Shown: piece by piece, positions 1 through 14,500 of the stretch
Position numbering within the stretch: position 1 is the stretch's first letter
How the letters are laid out: every line of letters starts with the position of its first letter
NCBI GenBank assembly: GCA_964016885.1
Contig: OZ024749.1
Span: forward strand, 11,222,001 to 11,286,000
Direction of reading: 5' to 3'
Origin: Eledone cirrhosa
Lineage: Eukaryota
DNA: 64,000 nucleotides
Notes under the pieces: model-generated
Seen by the model: the letters and a program-made list of their open reading frames with translations, nothing else
Told to the model about the DNA's origin: nothing
The model's database searches: none
Program-made: the position numbers and the translations under genes

Positions 1-2570
1 CCCAATATACTGTATATGAGGGACGTTAAAAGAGAGAGTCAAACAGGCCTAATATTAGATGTTACAGCTGATGTGTGGAGGGACAGCTACGGCAATATAC
101 TCTATATCTGGGACGTTAAAAGACAAACACACCCTTATATTAGAAGGGACACCTACCACAATATACTGTATATCAGGTGTTAAAAGACAGACCCATCTAG
201 AGTTATAACTATAGACCGTATGGAGGGGTAGCTATTACAATATACTATATAACAGGGACGTTAAAAGACAGACACATCCTTACATTAAATGTAATTGTGG
301 GTTGTAAGTATAGACAGACCAAACATTATATTAGATGTAACAGTGAGCCGTATGGAGGGACAGCTACCACAATATACTGTATATCAGGGACGTTAAAATA
401 TAGGCCCATCTTTAGATATAACTATAGACCATATGGAGGGGTAGCTATTACATTATACTGTATATCAGGGACGTTATAAGACAGGTCTCCTTATATTCGA
501 TGTCTGTATATCAGGGACGTTATAAGACAGGTCCACATTTTTATAAGCTGCAACTATGGGCCGAATGGAGTGAGAGACAGACACATTATATTAGATGTAA
601 TTACCACACCACAATCTACTGTATATCTAGGACGTTAAAAGACAGACACATCCTTATATTAGATGTAATTGTGGGTTGTCTAAGAATGTAGTAACCATCA
701 AGGGTTCTAAGTATCAAGGAAGTATCTAAGGTTCGAATTCAACTGTCTTCCAAGAATCTAATTAACCATCAAGGGTTCTAAGTATCAAAAATGTAATAAG
801 AACCTTCAAGTATGTAAATAAAGTATCTCAGGTTGTATGGATAGACTGACAGACCTAACATTATATTAGATGTAACTGTGGGCCGTTATATATATCTACC
901 TCGATATCTCATCAGATATGTGCAAAAACGCCGCATGTAACTTTAATTGTGGGCCGTAATGGGGAACAGCTAACACTGTATAACGGACGTTAAAAGAGAG
1001 GCCCATCCATAGATGTAACTGTGGGATGTAGAGAGGAGCAGCTAACACAATAGACTGTATATGAAGGACGTTAAAGGACAGATCCAGCCTTAGATGTAAC
1101 TGTGAGCCGTATGGAGGGAGAGCTAATACAATGTACTGTATAACAGGGACATTAAAAGACAGAGACAAACAGACCTTATATTAGATGTAACAGCTGATGT
1201 ATGGAGGGACAGCTACCGCAATATACTGTATATCAGCTGTTAAAAGACAGGCTCATCTTTAGATATAACTATAGACCATATGGTGGGGTAGCTATTACAA
1301 TATACTATATATCAGGGACGTTAAAAGACAGGCCCATCTTTAGATATAACTATAGACCGTATGGAGGGGTAGCTATTACAATCTACTGTATATCTGGGAC
1401 TTTAAAAGACAGACACATCTTTACATTAGATGTAATTGTGGGTTGTAAGTATAGACAGACAGACCCAACATTATATTAGATGTAACAGTGGGCCGTTAAG
1501 GGACAAACCCATACTTAGATGTAACTGCAGCCGTATGGAGAGGCAGCTACCACAATATACTGTATATCAGGACTGTTAAAAGACAGACCCATTCTTATAT
1601 TAGATGTAATTGTGGGATATACAGAGGGGCTGCCACAACTGTATATCAGGGACATTTAAAGACAGGTTCACCTTTTTATAAGCTGCAACTGTGGGCCGTG
1701 TGGAGTGAGGGACAGATGTAATTATGGGTCGTATAAAGGGGCAGCTACCACAATACACTGTATATAAGACAGACCTAGCCTTACATTAGATGTAACAGCT
1801 GCCGTATAGAGGGACAGCTACCACAATATACTGTATATAAGACAGACCTAGCCTTACATTAGATGTAACAGCTGCCGTATAAAGGGACAGCTACCACAAT
1901 ATACTGTATATAAGACAGACCTAGCCTTACATTAGATGTAACAGCTACCACAATATACTGTATATAAGACAGACCTAGCCTTACATTAGATGTAACAGCT
2001 GCCGTATAGAGGGACAGCTACCACAATATACTGTATATAAGACAGACCTAGCCTTACATTAGATGTAACAGCTGCCGTATAGAGGGACAGCTACCACAAT
2101 ATACTGTATATAAGACAGACCTAGCCTTACATTAGATGTAACAGCTGCCGTATAGAGGGACAGCTACCACAATATACTGTATATAAGACAGACCTAGCCT
2201 TACATTAGATGTAACAGCTGCCGTATAAAGGGGCAGCTACCACAATACACTGTATATAAGACAGACCTAGCCTTACATTAGATGTAACAGCTGCCGTATA
2301 GAGGGACAGTTACCACAATATACTGTATATAAGACAGACCTAGCCTTACATTAGATGTAACAGCTGCCGTATAGAGGGACAGCTACCACAATATACTGTA
2401 TATAAGACAGACCTAGCCTTACATTAGATGTAACAGCTGCCGTATAGAGGGACAGTTACCACAATATACTGTATATCAGGGACGTTAAAAGACAGACACA
2501 TCCTTACATTAGATGTAACAGCTACCACAATATACTGTATATCAGGGACATTAAAAGACAGGCCCATTCT
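1..2570. repeat. Satellite/minisatellite of ~65-75 bp units; homogeneous 73-bp core at ~1742-2470
   Basis: Recurring cagctaccacaatatactgtatatcagggacgttaaaagacag...ttagatgtaac. Core unit starts at 1742, 1815, 1888 (period 73). Confidence 0.9.
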
Positions 2571-2579
2571 TTTACCACA

Positions 2580-2915
2580 GAGAAAGAGTTTTGCTGCTCT
2601 CTGGACTGTAAGCTTCAAGAAGATGAAAGTATTCCACTAGCCTGCACCCCAGGAAGAGTACCACCCTCCCTATATCAACATTGGCGAGACTGAACTGTAT
2701 ATCAGGGACGTTATTTCACCTACCTGGGGTGCACCATCACATAGGGTGCCAAGATCGACAGGGAAGTCAGCAACAGACTGGCAAAGGTGAGCAGTGATTT
2801 TGGTAGACTGTACTAACGTGTGGAAGATTAAATACGAAGCTGAACTCCCAACTACGCTGGGCAGGTCACGTCTCTAGGATGAAGGATCATCGCCTGCCCA
2901 GGATCACTCTCAACT
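2580..2915 (+). mobile_element. Degenerate RTE-clade LINE, RT C-terminal fragment
   Basis: Translates with frameshifts to PAPQEEYHPPYINIGETEL..FTYLGCTI...AKIDREVSNRLAK...FGRLY. Confidence 0.75.
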
Positions 2916-3719
2916 CTATATAGGCGTGGGGTTATCGAAGTTCGATGGTGACCCTGTTCTACATTTGAGGATCCTTTGATAACGACAAGATCTTACGATA
3001 GAGACGCATGTCTTTAAACCGCTTTATTTACCCTCCAGCGAGAGGGATTAAACATCTTTGTTTACAGTCGAGCGATAGCCATAGAAAGTTGTACAGGTTA
3101 GACTTGTCTTTTTAACCGCTTTTTTGCGACCTTATGTAAATACAGTCCACGTCTATGGCCCTCTAGCCAAGCGTTGGCCACAGAGAAGATCTTACAGGCC
3201 AGACGGAGCATTGAGCCTTCGAGAAGGAGACTGAGGTGTGACACATAACACTTCCACTGAAATATGTACAGTCACCAAAGGAGGCAGGGCTGACATGTAA
3301 GGCCTGTACAGTCACCCAATGATCCACAGGACAGTCACCATCGGTTTTCGATTGACAACCATAATTACACCCCGTAACAATACATATATATCACCACATT
3401 ACCAACAACGTCTTAACAATTTTCAAATTTTATATGTGCATAAACATTTATATGTGCATAAACACATTCACTTCGCCTGTAACAGTAATTACGGACTTAC
3501 CTAACATATATGTGTAGTTATCGGGGATCGGGTAAGTGGGCTGTAGACCCTATCGTTAAAACACCAGATAAAACCGTATAATAACAGAGCTGCTATAGGG
3601 AAAACTAGGAAGAGTTTAAAAAAAACTACATAAGATATATTTTTTGTGAATAAAAAGAAACATGTTGAATTTTATTATTAAATCCCTACATTTTATTGTT
3701 TATTTTCAACACTGGAAGC

Positions 3720-4740
3720 CGTAGTCCCACTCCTATATGCAGGGGATCTGGGATCTCGTCGTTTGATTTGATCTGGAGACAATATCGTTCGGCACACCCT
3801 GAATGACGAAGCAGACTTCTCTAGGGACAGTGCTGCTTGCTCCATATGGAGAGGGGTCTAGAAAAGGCAGGCCCATTCTTTTATCTCAGAGAAAGAGTCT
3901 TGCTCAGTATCACTTCGGAGGTATTCCCCCGGCTCGACCCCCACACCACCCAGTTGGCAAACTGTGGTCAACGGGCATCTTTTCACGCGGCCGAAAATCA
4001 TCAAAGAATAAAAGGTAAACACCCACCTTCAATGAACCAAAAATCACATGCTGGAACCTCAGGACCTTGCTAGACACAGTCAACCAGAGTATGTCAATCT
4101 GTTCTAATTCCACACCAACTGTCAACACTGAATGTTGACATCGCTACCCTCAGTGAGGTCCACCTACAAGAACATGGCACCAGATACACCCTCTACTGGT
4201 CAAGTAAACCAGCAGCAATGAGACGCCTTTCAGGAGTGGGTTTCATGGTCAGGAGTTCTATCACTTCCAAGCTTGAAAACCTGCCAACAGGTCATGTCTG
4301 TCCCACTCAGCAATCAACTACATACCACACTCTTCAAGCAGATCCTACGGACAAAAACAAGTTTTACTTTGATCTGCACAGTCTCTTACAGGTCACCCCT
4401 GTGGACGATTTCAACGCCGTCGGCCGATATTCAATAGCCTGGGAGGGAGTGCTTATGACACAGGGCGTTGGTAACTACAATGACAGAGGATGCTTGTTGG
4501 CAGAGTTCTGCGAAGATCATCTTGCAGCAGAAGGACCGTTTGACAACAACCTGGATACACCTTTATTCCAAACACTGGCACATCATTGATTATATCCTAG
4601 GGCGCTGATGTGACCTGAAAGACCTCTGACATAGCAGAGTGATGCCCAGTGCTGAATGTCACACCGACCATCGTCTCGTACGCTGCAAACTCAAGCTCCA
4701 CTTTAAACCCAAATCAAAAAAAGGAGAGCCCCACAAGATT
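3720..4740 (+). mobile_element. Degenerate RTE-clade LINE, 5' part with AP-endonuclease remnants
   Basis: RRLSGVGFMVRSSITSKLENLPTGH; TLQADPTDKNKFY; DFNA; PSAECHTDHRLVRCKL. Multiple stops and frameshifts. Confidence 0.75.
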
Positions 4741-5072
4741 ACGAGGGTGGAGGTGGGCTACAGGGGATTCCCGGCTAACTCAGTATAGAGAATGGTCACT
4801 GCCATTGGAATGACAAGAATAGAGAGGGCTTCAGTTGGCAGGATGCGGGGAGGTAGCAGAAAGGGCCTCTTGTTGCCTTTAGAGCAGGAGGCGAAGATGG
4901 GCAGTAATTAGGTCACCGCTGCTGACCCACCAGCGGGAGGGTGATACGGTTGAGGGTGGAAACACCCAAGGGACGTAGGACACCGTTTGGTGACATCAAC
5001 ACCTCCTGGCAAAGGCTATGTCCACCGAAGATGAATAAATGTGAGGCATCTTCTTGAAGACGTAATTATGCC

Positions 5073-5532
5073 TATATATACATACATATATACACATAAA
5101 TACATACATATATATATATATACACAAATAAATATACACACACATATATATACACACATATATATACACACATACATATATATATATACACACATACATA
5201 TATATATACACATATATATACACACACATATATATATACACACATAAATACATATATATACATACATATATATATATATACACACATAAATATACACACA
5301 TATATATACACACATATATATACACATATAAATACATACACACATATATATATACACATATATATACATACCTATATATATATACATACCTATATATATA
5401 CACACATATATATACACACACATATATATACACACATACATATATATATACATACATATATGGATATATATATACATATATATATATATATACTTATATA
5501 TATATATATACTTATATATATATATATATATA

Positions 5533-5585
<53 letters not shown>

Positions 5586-5693
5586 TTATATATATATATA
5601 TATATACTTATATATATATATATATATATACTTATATATATATATATATATACTTATATATATATATATATATATACTTATATATATATATAC

Positions 5694-5728
<35 letters not shown>

Positions 5729-5868
5729 CATATATATATACTTATATATATACTTATATATATATACATATATGATGGCTGCCCCCTCGTTATCGAGTAT
5801 GGCCATTGCACGAGTAGATAAAAAAAATTAATAGATAAATAAAAAATAAAATAAAATAAAAAAAAGAA

Positions 5869-5899
<31 letters not shown>

Positions 5900-6025
5900 T
5901 ATATACATACACACATATACATTAATAACAATAATAATAATAATAATAACAACAATAATAATATACATATATATATATATACACACACACGCGCACACAT
6001 AAACATATCTATACACACACACACG
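5073..6025. repeat. (TA)n/(TACA)n/(CA)n compound microsatellite
   Basis: Directly visible simple repeat; source of spurious YI-rich ORFs. Confidence 0.95.
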
Positions 6026-6032
6026 ATAGCAA

Positions 6033-6447
6033 CTAACAGCGCTGCGATCGAATGTGGCTTTTTAGCCCATCCAATGATCTACAATGTCTTGCACAGAGTC
6101 GGCAACCAAAACATTCACTGGGAATAGTCGGCTGTGGTTGGAGTTCGTGTACTTTTGCATGTCGCTTGAGCCCTCCTGCTGATTTACATTCTCTACCACA
6201 TGTTTGGCAAGCATGATGAGTAGCATCTCCAACAGCAGCCTGGTAGTCAACCACTGGTCTTACTTTATGACTGCGAAGATGACTTTCGAGTCCAGCTTTG
6301 CTTAAGCAGAGTCTCGCACAGACGCTGCATGTCAGCACCATAGGAGGACCCTCGCCGTCTGGAAGTGCAACAGCAATGCCCTTCCTCACATCCCGCTTTA
6401 CTTTCTCGTATGCGATTCGAGATGCCTCAAAGGCAACTTTTCCCTCA
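6033..6447 (-). mobile_element. 3' end of an RTE-like LINE ORF with three C2H2-type zinc fingers
   Basis: [18 protein letters not shown] followed by [63 protein letters not shown]. 5' end truncated at (TA)n. Confidence 0.7.
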
Positions 6448-6457
6448 TATACATATA

Positions 6458-6491
<34 letters not shown>

Positions 6492-6522
6492 CACATATAT
6501 ATATATATACATATATATATAC

Positions 6523-6564
<42 letters not shown>

Positions 6565-6612
6565 ATATATATATACATATATATATACATATATATATAC
6601 ATATATATATAC

Positions 6613-6683
<71 letters not shown>

Positions 6684-6716
6684 CATATATATATACATAT
6701 ATATATACATATATAC

Positions 6717-6795
<79 letters not shown>

Positions 6796-6796
6796 C

Positions 6797-6827
<31 letters not shown>

Positions 6828-6878
6828 CATATATATATACATATATATACATATACATATATATACATATATATATAC

Positions 6879-6911
<33 letters not shown>

Positions 6912-7024
6912 CATATATATATATACATATATATACATATATATATACATATACATATATATACATATATATATACATATACATATATATACATATATAT
7001 ATACATATATATATACATATATAC

Positions 7025-7055
<31 letters not shown>

Positions 7056-7072
7056 CATATATATACATATAC

Positions 7073-7131
<59 letters not shown>

Positions 7132-7320
7132 CATATATATACATATACATATATATATACATATATATATACATATACATATATACATATACATATATAC
7201 ATATACATATATATACATATATATACATATATACATATATATATACATATATATATATATACATATATATATATACATATATATATATATACATATATAT
7301 ATATACATATATATATATAT
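6448..7320. repeat. (TA)n/(TACA)n microsatellite
   Basis: Directly visible. Confidence 0.95.
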
Positions 7321-8581
7321 ATCATCATCATCATCATCATCAACGTTTAACGTCCGTGTTCCACGCTTGCATGGGTTTGGACGGGGGTAGTCCCACTTGA
7401 GGCAAGAGTGATTGTCTTGCTCGCATAGGACTGTCTGGCAGGTTTTCTACAGTTGGATGCCCTTCCTAACACCAACCACATTTACAGTGTGAGTCTGGGA
7501 GGTTTTTACCGTGTTGCCTACACGGCCACATTACAGCGTGGACTGTGTGTTTTTTTGTCGTAACACCTACACGATCTCATTTGTTTCGGCCTCGATGGCG
7601 CGGCACCAACATAACTTTACATAGAACGGGGTGGTGTGGATGGGGTGGGGGTGGGGGTGGGGGGACGGGGTGTATTTTGTTAGAGATGCCTACTGGCTGG
7701 AGTAGGTTTTACTATATATTTAGGTAAGGCGGGTCTTCTCTGTTACTGAGTACCGCCAAAGGTCTCGGTCCAGTGACATTGTCTTGGAGAGGTGTAAGTG
7801 TGTGATGTCGGAGTTTATCAGCTCGTCCCAGGTTTTTCTAGGTCTGCCTATTCCGTGACTACCGTCTATCTTTATTGCCCTGCACTTTGTTATACAGCTA
7901 TCGACTTTCATGCGCATCACGTGTCCATACCAACGTAGCCTTCTCTCGAGTAAACAACATCTGATCCCTCTTATCTCTAATTTTTTCCTTAGTTCGTTTA
8001 TGCTTTGCCGTTCACGTATATTACTGTTACACATCCAGCGGAGCATGCAAGCTTCGTTCCTCTCTAGTCTGCGTATATCCTCTGCACACAATGCCCAGGT
8101 CTCACTGCCATGCAGCATTGCTGTTCGTATGCAGGTATCGTACAACCTGCCTTTCATTTTTAGGGAGAACCCTTTAGCAACTAATAGTGGTATAAGCTCT
8201 CTGAACTTTTTCCAACCAGTTCTGACTCTAGCTACAGTACTTTCAGAGCACCCTCCCCCACTGCTGATTTTATCGCCCAGGTAACGGAAGCTGTCCACTA
8301 TTTCTATAGAACCCTCTGCGTAATTGAAAGAGCTAGTATTTTGTGGGCACTTGCTGCTACTTATTGCACCAGAGCACCGGCCACATGTAAAATCTATGTT
8401 CTTAGTTAGCTTACCTGTGATCCCACTACATCTTTTATGCACCCATACTTTGCATTTAGGACATAAAATGGAGTTTCTACCTACGCCTTTCCTACACACC
8501 GAGCACGACCATTTCCCAGAAGGGACCGCCGCCTTGTTTTCTTTCCTACAAACTAGTACTTTGGTCTTAGCCAGGTTAATT
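7321..8581 (-). mobile_element. 5'-truncated RTE-clade LINE copy A (RT C-terminus, 3' UTR, (GAT)n tail)
   Basis: Open frame INLAKTKVL...VDSFRYLGD...LHGSETW...[11 protein letters not shown]...GRPRKTW, stop at 7720-7722; (ATC)n tail at 7321-7341. Confidence 0.93.
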
Positions 8582-8589
8582 ATATATAC

Positions 8590-8654
<65 letters not shown>

Positions 8655-8669
8655 CATATATATATATAC

Positions 8670-8862
<193 letters not shown>

Positions 8863-9160
8863 CATACATATATACACATATATATATATACAGATATATA
8901 TATATGCATATATATATATACACATATATATATATACAGATATATATATATGCATATATATATACATATTTGAGAAAAATATATATGCATATATATATAC
9001 ATATATATATGCATATATATATACATATATATACACATATACATATATATACACACACATATATATACACACACATATACATATATATACACACACATAT
9101 ATATACATATATATATACATATACACACACATATATATATACATATATATATATACATAT

Positions 9161-11213
9161 ATCGTTTCTGAATTTGTTGGGACTTCTACTTAAGCTTACC
9201 CATAGTAATAGTTACCTAGACACTTATGACCTTAGCAACCTGTGCCCTACAAGACCAGCAAGAGGCAGACCACCTACCATTACCTCAATGGCCAAGAAAA
9301 CCCACACAGATAGATGGAACGGGTGGACCAGAGCCATACGGACACCCGAAAACCACGATGAACTGAAGAAAATGATTGCACATGCGGTAGGGGCCAGCAT
9401 AAAACTAACCCTTAAGGAACATATGTTCAAATTTAATGGTAAAACATATGCCCAAGAGGAAGGAGCAGCCATTGGTGTTAGCATTGCAGGCGACATAGCT
9501 AACTTATACATGGTATGGTGGGACAGTAGACTTAAACAAAAACTTAATGAACAATTAGAAGACAGCTTAACCCTGATAATGTACTCCCGCTACGTAGATG
9601 ATATAAACATCGTAGTTAAGACACCCCCACTAAAGAACAGTCAGGAACTAGAGAAAAACACAATGGAAAGCATCCAGCAAATAGCAAACTCCATCCACCA
9701 GAGCATTAGAGTTACTATAGACTACCCAAGTAGACACCCCAACCATCGATTACCTGTACTAGACACAGAGCTCTGGTTAGATACTATTAACAACCAAAAA
9801 CAAATCCTCCATTCCCATTATGCCAAACCCATGACTTCCAAACATCTGATCCACCGAAACTCGGCCATTTCGGACCATACCAAAATCAACATACTGATTG
9901 CGGATTTGGTACGGGTGATGAGAAATGTGTCCCGCATGTGCAACCCCGAAGAACTAGAGAGACACATACAACACTTCATCCACCGTATGCAGTTCTCTGG
10001 CTACAATCAGAGAGATAGAATCAGAGTGTATAAAGGAGCCAGAACCAAATGGGAAAAAATGGTAAATAATGACATAAATGGGACCTGCCCCTTGTATAGG
10101 AGCAAATTTTGGAATAGAATAGAAAGAACTAAGAACAAGGCCAATAGAATAAACTCATGGTATGATAGCAATAAATACCAGAGTGTAATGTTCATCAATA
10201 CAACCCCTAGAGGCGAACTAGCCTACAAATTTAGAAGGGCCCTAAAGAAACATAATCTCAATATTAAGATAGTAGAAAGACCTGGTACCTCCGTAAAAAC
10301 ACTTATTAGCAAGACATACCCGTTCCAAAGACCCTCATGTATAGATAAGAAATGCATAACCTGTAAAATAAGCCCCCATATTAACTGTAAAACTAGAAAT
10401 GTAGTATATAGCATAAGATGTACTGAAGGACAATGTAGAAACAAAAATGTAGTGTACATAGGTGAGACAGCTCGTAGTATAGGGGAACGAATAAATGAAC
10501 ACTGGCGAGACCTCCAAGATAGTAAAGACTCATCTGTGCTCTACCAACATGCTAAGATAGAACACAGGGGTAAATTAGAGAGCATAGAAATAAAAATAGA
10601 ATCCACACACAAGAAAGACGCAATGTTTAGGCAAATTACAGAGGCAGTAAGCATAAAAGAATTAAAACCAAAATTAAATAGAAAATATGAGTGGAACAGC
10701 AACATCACAACTTACAATTAAGGACAAAATGAAAACACACACACACATAGAACAAACAACTTACAATTGAAAACACACACAAGACAAAATGAAAACACAC
10801 ACACACATAGAACAAACAACCAACCAACAATAAATAAATAAATAAACAAACAAATAGAAAAATATAAATAGAAAAATAGAAAAATGAACACAAACACACA
10901 CACAGACACCCGGATGTGGCGCATGCGCAAACTGAGCACGCAACCCACACACAAACAAAATGGCGTAGGATAGAAGAAAGGAAAGGCACAGAAACGAAGA
11001 AAGAAATCCCCAGTCACTGAAGAGGTCACAGAGTGTGTGACGAAAGAACTATGACTATATATATATAAACAACTATCTGGTTGTGGAACCAACCAACCAA
11101 CCAGAAATTTATAAATTTGTAAACTTATAAATATTTAATAAATTAAATTGAAGTGAAAGCAACTGGTGCGTGTGTTTCTTATTGGCAACATGACCCTCCC
11201 AAAGTATAACAAT
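9161..11213 (+). mobile_element. Penelope-like element 1 (5'-truncated; RT, Cys-rich linker, C-terminal GIY-YIG endonuclease; Neptune-like layout)
   Basis: Uninterrupted ORF ~9180-10721 with [30 protein letters not shown]...[36 protein letters not shown]. Flanked by (TA)n on both sides. Confidence 0.92.
11012..11056 (+). ncRNA. Candidate minimal type I hammerhead ribozyme in the 3' region of Penelope-like element 1
   Basis: AGTCA-CTGAAGA-G-GTCACA gagtg TGTGAC-GAAA-GAAC-TA-TGACT. Stems I and II pair, but there is one extra G before stem II and stem III is very short. Confidence 0.55.
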
Positions 11214-11487
11214 ATATACATATATATATATACATATATATATATACATATACATATACATATATATACATATACACATCTATATACATACATATACATA
11301 TATATATACATATACACACATATATATATATACATATATACACATATATATACATATACATATATATATATATACACATATATATACACATATATATATA
11401 CACATATATATATACATATATATACACACATATATATATACATATATATACACACATATATATATACATATATATACACATATACAC

Positions 11488-11518
<31 letters not shown>

Positions 11519-11519
11519 G

Positions 11520-14500
11520 TAATAATAATAAAATTGAAGACTAAAATCCATAGAGGGCTCGATAAGGAAAGTATATATCAAATATATAAGAACCGTAGAG
11601 CAAATATTTATTAAAATAACAGATTAAAGTTTAAGCAAAGAATCGCTGCTTTCACCCTTAACGGGATCTTCTGAAACTAACAAAGTCAATCTGTAAACGC
11701 AGAACTGGATATTTCAAAAAACGTTGCAACCGGAGGAAGACAGGAAGACGATACTTTGGTTCGTGGTAACGTTCGCTGGCAAAGAACGGGAAAAAACGAA
11801 TAATACGTCATTAATAGGAGCGGTGAAAAACAATTACGCGCAAAGACAAAACCACGTTTATGGTATGAAAGAGGTCGTAGACTAATGTTCTCTTAGGTGG
11901 TGCATAGAGACGTTCTCTGGCAATGAACGAAAAAACGAAGATAATAAGTCATATGTGGAGCGTGGAGAACAATAGCACGCAAAGACAAAACCACGTAAAT
12001 GGTATAGCAGAAATCGTAGACTAAAATTCTAACTAGGAGACCAAATGAATCTCCGCTACAGAGTTAAGAACAAAGTAAATAAATACAATACAGAAGTAAT
12101 AGAAACAAATAAATACATACACGCAAACAGATACGTACATACACAAGCATACGCAAAACCTTACCATGGATATACTAAACCACGCACATATAAATATGTG
12201 TGTGTGTGTATGCTTGTGTACAAATAAATAAATAATTATATAAACGTATATAAGTAAATAAATACGTATATAACAAGCGCACACGCATACCTACATATAA
12301 ATACACGAATGTTCGGAGACGTAAGTCAACTAAAACAAGAAGTGCACATATACACACACCCACCATACGTACGAACCTGCACACTCGCGCGGACGCAAAA
12401 CTCCCGTATACACATAGCCAAACCCTAAATACCAGAATATGTACAAATTATACAATATAACAGTCAAATATACGTACGAGAAGGTATACATACCTTCACA
12501 AAACATACGGGTAATATATACTTACCTATGCAAATAAGTAAAGGAATAAACAAAACATATACTTAGCTCCCACATCAAGACGTAAAATATCCACGTATAG
12601 ATCGTGCTATCCGTTAGGGTATAACGTGGGGCTGTAATACAGGAAAGTGTTGTGCAATTTATGTTTACAAGCCGAAATTGCCTCAGATTTTTTGTTTAAG
12701 ATGTGGTCTGTAGCGTAGAGTATTTCCAGGGCCTCAGCGGCACAGAGGTCACATGGTCTTTTATTTCCGTTATACGATCTAGCCCTAGCTAGGATCTCCC
12801 AGTGTAACATATTGGGTGTGGTTGTCTTTTAGACTCCAGATATAAGCTGAAAGTGACGTCATATTCCTTCTTAGAGGGTAACGAAAAGAATGGGTATGCA
12901 TGTAAAGACGCTGCTTGAAACTATTGGCGGTTAACCCTATGTAGGCCCTACGGGACGTGGGTGTTACAACCTTACATTTGTAGACAATGTTACTAGAGAG
13001 GCATTTCCCGGATAGGGGGGCAATCAGCCCGATTCCTACAATTACAGTTAGTACTAACTACAGGGTTGCACGTGTTCCTACGGCTAGGTAGTTTAGCTAA
13101 ATTTGAAGCTGTGATGTTATGTGCAAGGTTAGGAGTCGTAGAGTAAGAAATTTTAATAGTATTTCTATTAAAAATTTTACTATATTTATGTGTAGGGGGA
13201 AAATGCTTCGTAATAAGGGAAAGAAAGATCTTAGCTAATGGTGTGGCCACCTCCATATTATATGGTGGGTTAAACCAACAGATGCGACGGGATCTATTTC
13301 TTCTAGGTCTATTTTCGTACTCTGTATATGCTACCTTATCGACAAATCCACTTCGAGCAAGAGCTTCATTGTAATAAGTGGAATGGTCGTTGAAAATGCG
13401 CTCGTTGGTGGAAAGACGGGAAAGCCTCAACGAAACGTTTCTTACCAGGTTCTTGGTTATGCTGGCAGGATGGTTGGAATGCTTACTTATGTAATTAAGC
13501 GTATCATTCGGCTTTCTATACGGGTAATACAACCCATTCAATAAATTGAGGGTAACGTCGAGGTAATTAACGACCGAGAGATTGGCCTCAACCTGTATAG
13601 AGAGGTTGAAGCCTTTAAAGAAGGCTGTGAGTTCTTTTCTGAACCTGTCGCAAGCACGAGGTCCGCACTTAGTCATGGTCAAAAGACCATCGTCACGATA
13701 CAAACCACTGCCCGCGTTGGGGAATTCATCCTTGATAGAGAAAAGAAGGAAAAGGCCAATAAGATCAGTAACCTCCGCAGAGTCACTGGCGCCCATACTC
13801 ACGTCGAATGGGGTACTATTGGATTTTTTAATCCAAATAGAGTCGTCGAAATTAATCACCGACTTTCGGGCATTAAGGATGACATCAACTTCAAAATCCT
13901 TAACCACTGTGAGTGTTTTAGCGAAATTGATAGCTCTAAGGAGAAGTGGTAAAGTGATGGAGGAGTAGTAATTGTTGATGTCGAATTGGATAAAACGGCA
14001 ATGTTCCTTGTTACATATGCCGTTGAACCAATCAATCACCGCGAAAGAGTTGTTCCACAGTGCGAGAGGGGCCAAACTTCTAATTTCAGGTATAATTCTA
14101 TCAAGAATCGTTTTACTAAGTCTACCTAAATCGGACTTCGTAGGGTTAATAAGCCGAATAGCGGGGTTGTTCGGAAAATTTGATTTGTGATCCTTCAGGG
14201 TAAAGTGGGGAGAGATAGGGTCCAGAGGTTCGGTCCGGTCCAGGATGTTGAGATCAGATGTGATTTTAAACCCAGCATCGTTGATTTCATTGATGACGCA
14301 CCGATTAGTTTTACGGTAATCCTTAGTTACAGCATTATGTAGTAGTTGATGGTAAGTACTGCGCTCCACTTGATATAGGTTGCCAGTTTTGTCGGAATGG
14401 ACGTGCACGGCGTTAGAATCCTTAATAGAACGAATTCTATTCTTCAGGTCTTGCTGGAAGGAATTGCTCCTATTCCGAATGAGTTCCAAGACATCATTAA
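11520..14500 (-). mobile_element. Penelope-like element 2 (different family; RT with YRDD, frameshifted GIY-YIG)
   Basis: FIQFDINNYYSSI, FDVSMGASDSAEVTDLIG, GLYRDDGL, WFNPPYN. After a frameshift near 13020: NIVYKC...AYIGLTANSFKQR; after another: WEILARARSY...CDLC...LNKKSE. 5' end abuts satellite at ~14500. Confidence 0.9.
11785..12038. repeat. Two diverged ~140-bp direct repeats in the 3' region of Penelope-like element 2
   Basis: cgcaaagacaaaaccacgt...tcgtagactaa occurs at ~11838 and ~11978. Confidence 0.75.

Noticed and set aside
1742-2470. 73-bp periodic repeat as CRISPR array or tRNA cluster
   Set aside because: Whole unit repeats without variable spacers; no cloverleaf, A/B boxes or hammerhead core seen.
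2955-3380. Possible solo LTR
   Set aside because: Only weak TG...CA resemblance; no TSD or second copy in the window.
11635-11680. Hammerhead in Penelope-like element 2 (minus strand CAGAAGA-tcccgttaagggt-GAAA)
   Set aside because: Core has CAGA instead of CUGA and stems I/III do not pair convincingly; at best a decayed relic.
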